Part shown: piece after piece, positions 59,141-64,000 of the stretch
How the letters are laid out: each line of letters opens with the position of its first letter
Position numbering within the stretch: the stretch's first letter is position 1
DNA from: Aminivibrio sp.
Lineage (GTDB): Bacteria; Synergistota; Synergistia; Synergistales; Aminobacteriaceae
NCBI RefSeq assembly: GCF_016756745.1
Contig: NZ_JAESIH010000059.1
Coordinates: forward strand, 2,149 to 66,148
Direction: 5' to 3'
DNA: 64,000 nt
Notes under the pieces: generated by a model
What the model saw: the letters and a program-made list of their open reading frames with translations, nothing else
Databases searched by the model: none
Told to the model about the DNA's origin: nothing
Position numbers and translations under genes: made by a program

Positions 59141-61468
59141 ATGACACAGCGATATGTCGGAAAGAGCGTCCAGAGAGTGGATGCGGTGAAAAAAGCGACC
59201 GGCGAGGCTTGTTTCGTGGCCGACATTACCCTTCCCCGGATGCTCCGCGCCAAAGTCGTCCGGGCGGGCATCCCCCACGGGAAAATCCTTTCCATCGACA
59301 CGTCGGTCGCGGAAACAATGCCCGGAGTGAAGAAGGTCGTCACGGGGCAGGGATGCTCCATGTTGTTCGGCACCTGCCTCTGGGATCAGCCGCCCCTGGC
59401 GGTGGACAAGGTTCGCCATGCCGGCGAACCGGTAGCGGTGGTGCTGGCGGAGACGGAGAACCAGGCCGAAGCGGCGGCGAAGGCGGTGAAGATCGAATAC
59501 GAAAAACTGCCCTTCGTCCTCGACCCAGTGGAGGCCGCTGCACCCGGAGCTCCCCTGATCCATGAAAAGAACGGCTCCTACCGCAGGGTGGAGTACGTGG
59601 TCCATCCCGTTCCCGGAACCAACATCTTCCACCACTACAAGCTCCGCAAGGGGGAGAGCGAAAAAGGCTTCGCCGAAGCGGATGTCACCGTGGAAGACGA
59701 GTTCGAATTCCCCATCTCGAGTCATGCCGCCATCGAACCCCACGGGGCGGTGTGCAGGTTCGGCGCTGACGGGAGTATAGAGATCTGGGCCTCAAACCAG
59801 GCCCCCTTCGTCCTCCGGGACGTGCTGGCCGACATGTTCAAAATCCCTTCCTCGAAGGTTCGGGTCCACATCCCCTACCTCGGGGGCGGCTTCGGCGGCA
59901 AGTCCGACGTCTCCATCGAACCCATGGTGGCCTATGCGGCCGGCTTTGTCCCGGGATACGCCGTGAAACTCGTTCTCACCAGGAAGGAGGACATCATGGG
60001 TTCCCTGGCGGGGCGGGGCATGAAGGGGAAGATGAAGATCGGGGCGAAGAAGGACGGCACCCTCACGGCGCTGAAGGCAGAGATGTACTTCGCCGACGGG
60101 GCCTACGGCGACACCGGATGGCCCGTGGATACCGTGGCAGGACACAACTGCACCGGCCCCTACGAGTTCCCCCACGTCACGGTGGACGTGTACGGGATGT
60201 ACACCAACACCCCCAACGTGGGAGCCTACCGGGGATACGGCCACCCCGAAGGGCAGTTCATGTCGAGCCGCCTCCTGGACATGCTGGCCCGGAAGCTCGG
60301 CATGACTCCGGGCGAACTCATGCGGAAGAACTTCCTGTCCGAAGGGCGGCAGAACGCCCTAGGCCAGGTGATAAAAAAGAGCCACGGTGATCTTCCGGGA
60401 TGCCTCGCCGCCGTGGAGAAGGCCCTGGATCAAACACCCCTCCCGGAGAACGACAACCGGTACCTCTACGGCAGGGGCATCGCCTCCATGATGAAATCCC
60501 CCAAGATGTCCTCCAACGCGGCCTCCACCTGCACCGTCCAGATCAACGCCGACGGCTGCGCCTTCGTGAACCTTTCGGGGATCGAGATGGGGCAGGGAGT
60601 CCAGACCGTATTCGCCCAGATGGCGGCGGAGGCCCTTCAGATCCCCTTCGAGAAGGTGAAGACCTACTCGGAGGTGGACACCCAGTTCTCCCCATGGGAG
60701 TGGCAGACCGTGGCCTCCATGCAGACCTACAGGGGCGGCCGGGCCATACAGGACGCCTGCGGGCAGATCATCGCCATCGCCAAGGAAACGGCGGCGATGG
60801 CATGGAACTGCTCCCCGTCCCTGATAGTCTACAGGGACGGGGAATGCGTCCATCCCAATACGGGCGAGACTCTTTCCCTGGCGAACCTGGCCAGGGGATA
60901 CATGGCCCCCGACTGCCTTACCATAGGGGCTCCCCTGGCAGCCACGGGCTGGTACCGGGTTCCCGGGCTCGTGGAGCCCGACCCGGAAACGGGCATGGGC
61001 AACGCCGCAGGAAGCTGGACCTTCGGAAGCCAGGGCTGCACCCTCAGGGTGGACCGGCAGACCGGGGAAGTGAAGATCCTTCATTTTGCCTCGGCCTTCG
61101 ACGTGGGGAAGGCCGTCAATCCAACCACCGCAAGGGGCCAGGTCACAGGCGGTGTGGTCCAGGGTATGGGGGCTGCCCTCATGGAGAAAATTCTCTTTAC
61201 CGACGACGGCGTGGCGAAGAACGTCAACTTCCCGGCCTACAAAATACCGAGGCTGAAGGACGCCCCGGAGAAACAGACCGTGGAGCTGCTGGAGACACCC
61301 AACCCCGAGGGCCCATGGAGCGCCAAGCCCATGGCGGAACACCCCATCGTGGCGGTGGCCCCGGTGATCCTCAACGCCCTCCGGGACGCTACGGGAGTGG
61401 AATTCACATCTCTTCCGGTGACACCGGACAAAATACTCGAAGCCCTCAGGGCAAAGGAGGCCCGGTAA
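59141..61468 (+). CDS. Xanthine dehydrogenase-family molybdopterin-binding subunit
   Basis: WASNQ, GGGFGGK, AYRGYG, EMGQG, DVGKAVNP, GQVTGGVVQG, KPMAE. Confidence 0.9.
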   Translation: MTQRYVGKSVQRVDAVKKATGEACFVADITLPRMLRAKVVRAGIPHGKILSIDTSVAETMPGVKKVVTGQGCSMLFGTCLWDQPPLAVDKVRHAGEPVAVVLAETENQAEAAAKAVKIEYEKLPFVLDPVEAAAPGAPLIHEKNGSYRRVEYVVHPVPGTNIFHHYKLRKGESEKGFAEADVTVEDEFEFPISSHAAIEPHGAVCRFGADGSIEIWASNQAPFVLRDVLADMFKIPSSKVRVHIPYLGGGFGGKSDVSIEPMVAYAAGFVPGYAVKLVLTRKEDIMGSLAGRGMKGKMKIGAKKDGTLTALKAEMYFADGAYGDTGWPVDTVAGHNCTGPYEFPHVTVDVYGMYTNTPNVGAYRGYGHPEGQFMSSRLLDMLARKLGMTPGELMRKNFLSEGRQNALGQVIKKSHGDLPGCLAAVEKALDQTPLPENDNRYLYGRGIASMMKSPKMSSNAASTCTVQINADGCAFVNLSGIEMGQGVQTVFAQMAAEALQIPFEKVKTYSEVDTQFSPWEWQTVASMQTYRGGRAIQDACGQIIAIAKETAAMAWNCSPSLIVYRDGECVHPNTGETLSLANLARGYMAPDCLTIGAPLAATGWYRVPGLVEPDPETGMGNAAGSWTFGSQGCTLRVDRQTGEVKILHFASAFDVGKAVNPTTARGQVTGGVVQGMGAALMEKILFTDDGVAKNVNFPAYKIPRLKDAPEKQTVELLETPNPEGPWSAKPMAEHPIVAVAPVILNALRDATGVEFTSLPVTPDKILEALRAKEAR

Positions 61469-61469
61469 C

Positions 61470-61940
61470 ATGCCTGTCCTCAACTTCACCGTCAACGGCA
61501 TTCCCAGGACCGTCCATCTCGAGGAAGGGAGGGTCATGCTCTCCTCCGTGCTCCGGGACTGTCTCGGCCTCACGGGAACCAAGGTCGGCTGCGGCACGGG
61601 GCAGTGCGGTTCCTGTACGGTGGTCATGAACGGCAGTGCGGTGACAAGCTGCACCGTTCCGGCGGAAAAGTGCGAGGGCTCCGAAGTGCTCACCATCGAG
61701 GCTCTTGCCGAAGGCGGCGTGCTTCATCCCATCCAGCAGGCCTTCGTGGACGCGGGAGCGATCCAGTGCGGCTTCTGCACCCCCGGCCTCATCATGAGGC
61801 TGTACGCCCTTCTCACTGCGAATCCGGAGGCCGGCGACGAGATCCTGGAAGCGGAGATCAACAAACACCTCTGCCGCTGCACCGGCTACGAGACGATCCT
61901 CGCCGCAGCCCGGCTTGCGCGGGAAAGAATGACGAAATAA
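61470..61940 (+). CDS. 2x[2Fe-2S] small subunit (XdhC/CoxS-like)
   Basis: GCGTGQCGSC...SC, QCGFCTPG, CRCTGY. Confidence 0.92.
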   Translation: MPVLNFTVNGIPRTVHLEEGRVMLSSVLRDCLGLTGTKVGCGTGQCGSCTVVMNGSAVTSCTVPAEKCEGSEVLTIEALAEGGVLHPIQQAFVDAGAIQCGFCTPGLIMRLYALLTANPEAGDEILEAEINKHLCRCTGYETILAAARLARERMTK

Positions 61941-61986
61941 CGGGAGGGGGCTCCGTCTCTTCCCGAAAAGAAAGGAGAATGAATCC

Positions 61987-63195
61987 ATGGCTTTCAGTCT
62001 TCTGGTCAAAAACGCGCGGACCCGCTTCTCCGGCGGAAAGCTTCTTTCCATCGGCATCGAGGGCGAAAAAATCGCCGCTCTGGGGGAAAACCTTCCCGAG
62101 GGTGGAGCGGCGCAGGTCATCGACGCCGAAGGCAGGCTCGTCACCGAGTCCTTCGTGAACGGCCATCTTCATCTCTGCAAAGTCTACACCCTCGAGATGG
62201 TGGGCCAGGACGCCCTTTCCTCCTACCACGGCGGCTCCATGGGAGGCGCCATGACGGCCATCGAGCAGGCCTCCAGGGTGAAGGACAATTACGATGAAAA
62301 ATGGATCATCGAAAACGTCCGGAAGGCCTGCCGCCTCGCCCGGAAGTACGGCAACACCCACATCCGCGCCTTCGCCGACACGGACACCAAGGCCAAGCTC
62401 GAGGGCGTCAAGGCCCTGATCAAGGCCCGGGAGGAATTCAAGGACATCGTGGACCTCCAGGTGGTGGCCTTCCCCCAGGACGGCGTGGTACGCGACCCCG
62501 GCGCCGAAGATTACATCAGGAAGGCCATGGAGCTGGGAGCGGACGTGGTGGGCGGCATTCCCTGGATCGAGTACACCGATGCCGATATGCAGGAACATAT
62601 CGACAGGATGTTCGCCCTGGCAAAGGAGTTCAACAGGGACGTCTCCATGCTCATCGACGATGCCGGCGACCCGGGTCTCAGGTCCCTGGAGATGCTGGCG
62701 GTGAAGACGCTGAAGGAAGGCTGGCAGGGGCGGGTCACCGCCCAGCACTGCAGGGCCATGGCCATGTACCGGGAGCCCTACTTCCGCAAGATCCTGGCCC
62801 TGCTCAGGAAAGCCTCCATCGGCCTGGTGAGCGATCCCCAGACAGGCCCGCTCCACGCCCGGGTCCGGGACCTCTACGACGCAGGCGTGGCCGTCGCCCT
62901 TGGTCAGGACGACATCGCCGACGCCTACTACCCTTTCGGCAGGAACAACATGCTGGAAGTGGCCTTCCTGGCGGTCCACCTGCTGTGGATGACCACCTTC
63001 AGCGACATGGAGATCATCTACGACCTTATCACCACCAACGCGGCAAAGGCCATGGGCATCAGGGGACACGTCCTCGAGCCCGGCGGGAACGCCGACCTGG
63101 TGGTGCTGAACGCCAACGACGTCTACCACGCCATCTGGGAACACGAAGCCCCCTTCAGGGTCATCAGGAAGGGAAAGGACGTCACCCTGAAATAA
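61987..63195 (+). CDS. CodA/AtzC-like amidohydrolase with atypical metal/catalytic residues
   Basis: NGHLHL, VAFPQDG, SMLIDD (in place of HCDE), AQHC, GQDDIADAYYPFG. Confidence 0.8.
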   Translation: MAFSLLVKNARTRFSGGKLLSIGIEGEKIAALGENLPEGGAAQVIDAEGRLVTESFVNGHLHLCKVYTLEMVGQDALSSYHGGSMGGAMTAIEQASRVKDNYDEKWIIENVRKACRLARKYGNTHIRAFADTDTKAKLEGVKALIKAREEFKDIVDLQVVAFPQDGVVRDPGAEDYIRKAMELGADVVGGIPWIEYTDADMQEHIDRMFALAKEFNRDVSMLIDDAGDPGLRSLEMLAVKTLKEGWQGRVTAQHCRAMAMYREPYFRKILALLRKASIGLVSDPQTGPLHARVRDLYDAGVAVALGQDDIADAYYPFGRNNMLEVAFLAVHLLWMTTFSDMEIIYDLITTNAAKAMGIRGHVLEPGGNADLVVLNANDVYHAIWEHEAPFRVIRKGKDVTLK

Positions 63196-63553
63196 CCCTC
63201 CGAAGCACGGCATGCCCCTCCTGCCGGAGGGACATGCCTTTCCTGAACCCAAGGAACCTCCGAATAATGTCGATGAATGTGTCAAAAAAACAGATTCTAT
63301 CGGGTCCCGTGAGGACAAATTATTTTTTTCATAACTTCCCTGAATAAACGAAACGGTCACTTCCTTCAGGTCTTTCTCCTCCAGGGTGCCGGCATTTCAC
63401 CGGTTGCGCCGCCAGATGTTTTCAGGCCATCCGGAAGCAGCGAAACAGGCGCATCAATCGTCCTTTTCCTTCATAACCCCGTCAGGAGCCTTCCTGGAAT
63501 GAATGGTATAATTTGATTACACTGCTCCACACATAAATCGGGAGGAATATTGC

Positions 63554-64000
63554 ATGCCATCACTCAGGGGAACGAAAACAGAAGAGAACCTCATGAAAGC
63601 CTTCGCAGGCGAGTCGCAGGCGCGGAACAGGTACAGTTACGCCTCCTCCGCGGCAAAAAAGGAAGGATACGTGCAGATTTCCAACATCTTCGCCGAGACG
63701 GCTGAAAACGAGAAAGAGCATGCGAAGCTCTTCCTCAAGTTCCTTGTCAATGACGTCAACGGCAGCATGGTGACCATACACGCCGACTATCCCGTGGGCT
63801 TCGGCGACACGAAGGAAAACCTCCTCGCCGCCGCAGAGGGGGAGCACGAGGAGTGGGGGACGCTGTATCCCGAATTTGCGAAAATCGCCGAAGAAGAAGG
63901 TTTCAGGGAAGTAGCCCGGGTTTTCCGCGAGGTGGCCGAGGTGGAAGAACGGCATGAGAAACGGTACCGGAAGCTCCATGCCAACCTGACCGCCGGAACG
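63554..64000 (+). CDS. rbr: Rubrerythrin (partial, runs off the window)
   Basis: My translation (not in the ORF track): [27 protein letters not shown]...ENEKEHAK...EGEHEE...EERHE; GGAGG RBS. Confidence 0.9.
   Translation, partial: MPSLRGTKTEENLMKAFAGESQARNRYSYASSAAKKEGYVQISNIFAETAENEKEHAKLFLKFLVNDVNGSMVTIHADYPVGFGDTKENLLAAAEGEHEEWGTLYPEFAKIAEEEGFREVARVFREVAEVEERHEKRYRKLHANLTAGT

Noticed and set aside
434-63360. Numerous long antisense or alternate-frame ORFs (for example 434-1687, 16002-17453, 54951-56900, 61858-63360)
   Set aside because: They shadow well-supported genes on the opposite strand, as expected at high GC, and show no family motifs.
63300-63480. Possible zinc-ribbon or antitoxin relic on the minus strand (AGTLEEKDLKEVTVSF)
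   Set aside because: Too short and lacks the cysteines in frame; resemblance is not supportable by eye.
1-64000. CRISPR array, tRNA, rRNA, integron attC cassettes
   Set aside because: No regularly spaced repeats, cloverleaf or rRNA signatures seen; the CCTAAATCCGC repeats are irregularly spaced, vary in orientation and lack attC core sites or an integrase.

Overview
High-GC (roughly 60-65% by eye) bacterial chromosome segment. The gene content (peptidases, amidohydrolases, peptide ABC and TRAP transporters, PPi-type PFK, rubrerythrin, hemerythrin, chemotaxis genes) fits an anaerobic amino-acid fermenter; a Synergistota-like assignment is only my inference. About 50 intact CDS are present: housekeeping genes (tyrA, ptsI, ddl, proC, murB, fabH-like), c-di-GMP signalling genes, a DUF6922/AbiEii-type toxin-antitoxin pair, a YhaO/YhaN nuclease-ATPase pair, and a nucleobase catabolic cluster (two CodA-like deaminases, a BMP-type ABC transporter, XDH-family Mo and FeS subunits). 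I saw no rRNA, tRNA or CRISPR array. Four observations stand out. (1) A dispersed MITE-like repeat family with CCTAAATCCGC termini and covarying internal hairpins occurs at about ten intergenic sites, several next to gene relics (two EAL fragments, a truncated mhpF) or bracketing gene cassettes. (2) An exact 155-bp copy of an internal piece of an ABC permease gene lies antisense in the presumed 3' UTR of the divergent codA. (3) That CodA has Ser at the E. coli Asp314 position, which suggests 5-methylcytosine deamination. (4) A PuuD-ComB-LarA-homolog operon has no pathway I can assign. Many listed ORFs are antisense or shadow frames and were ignored.
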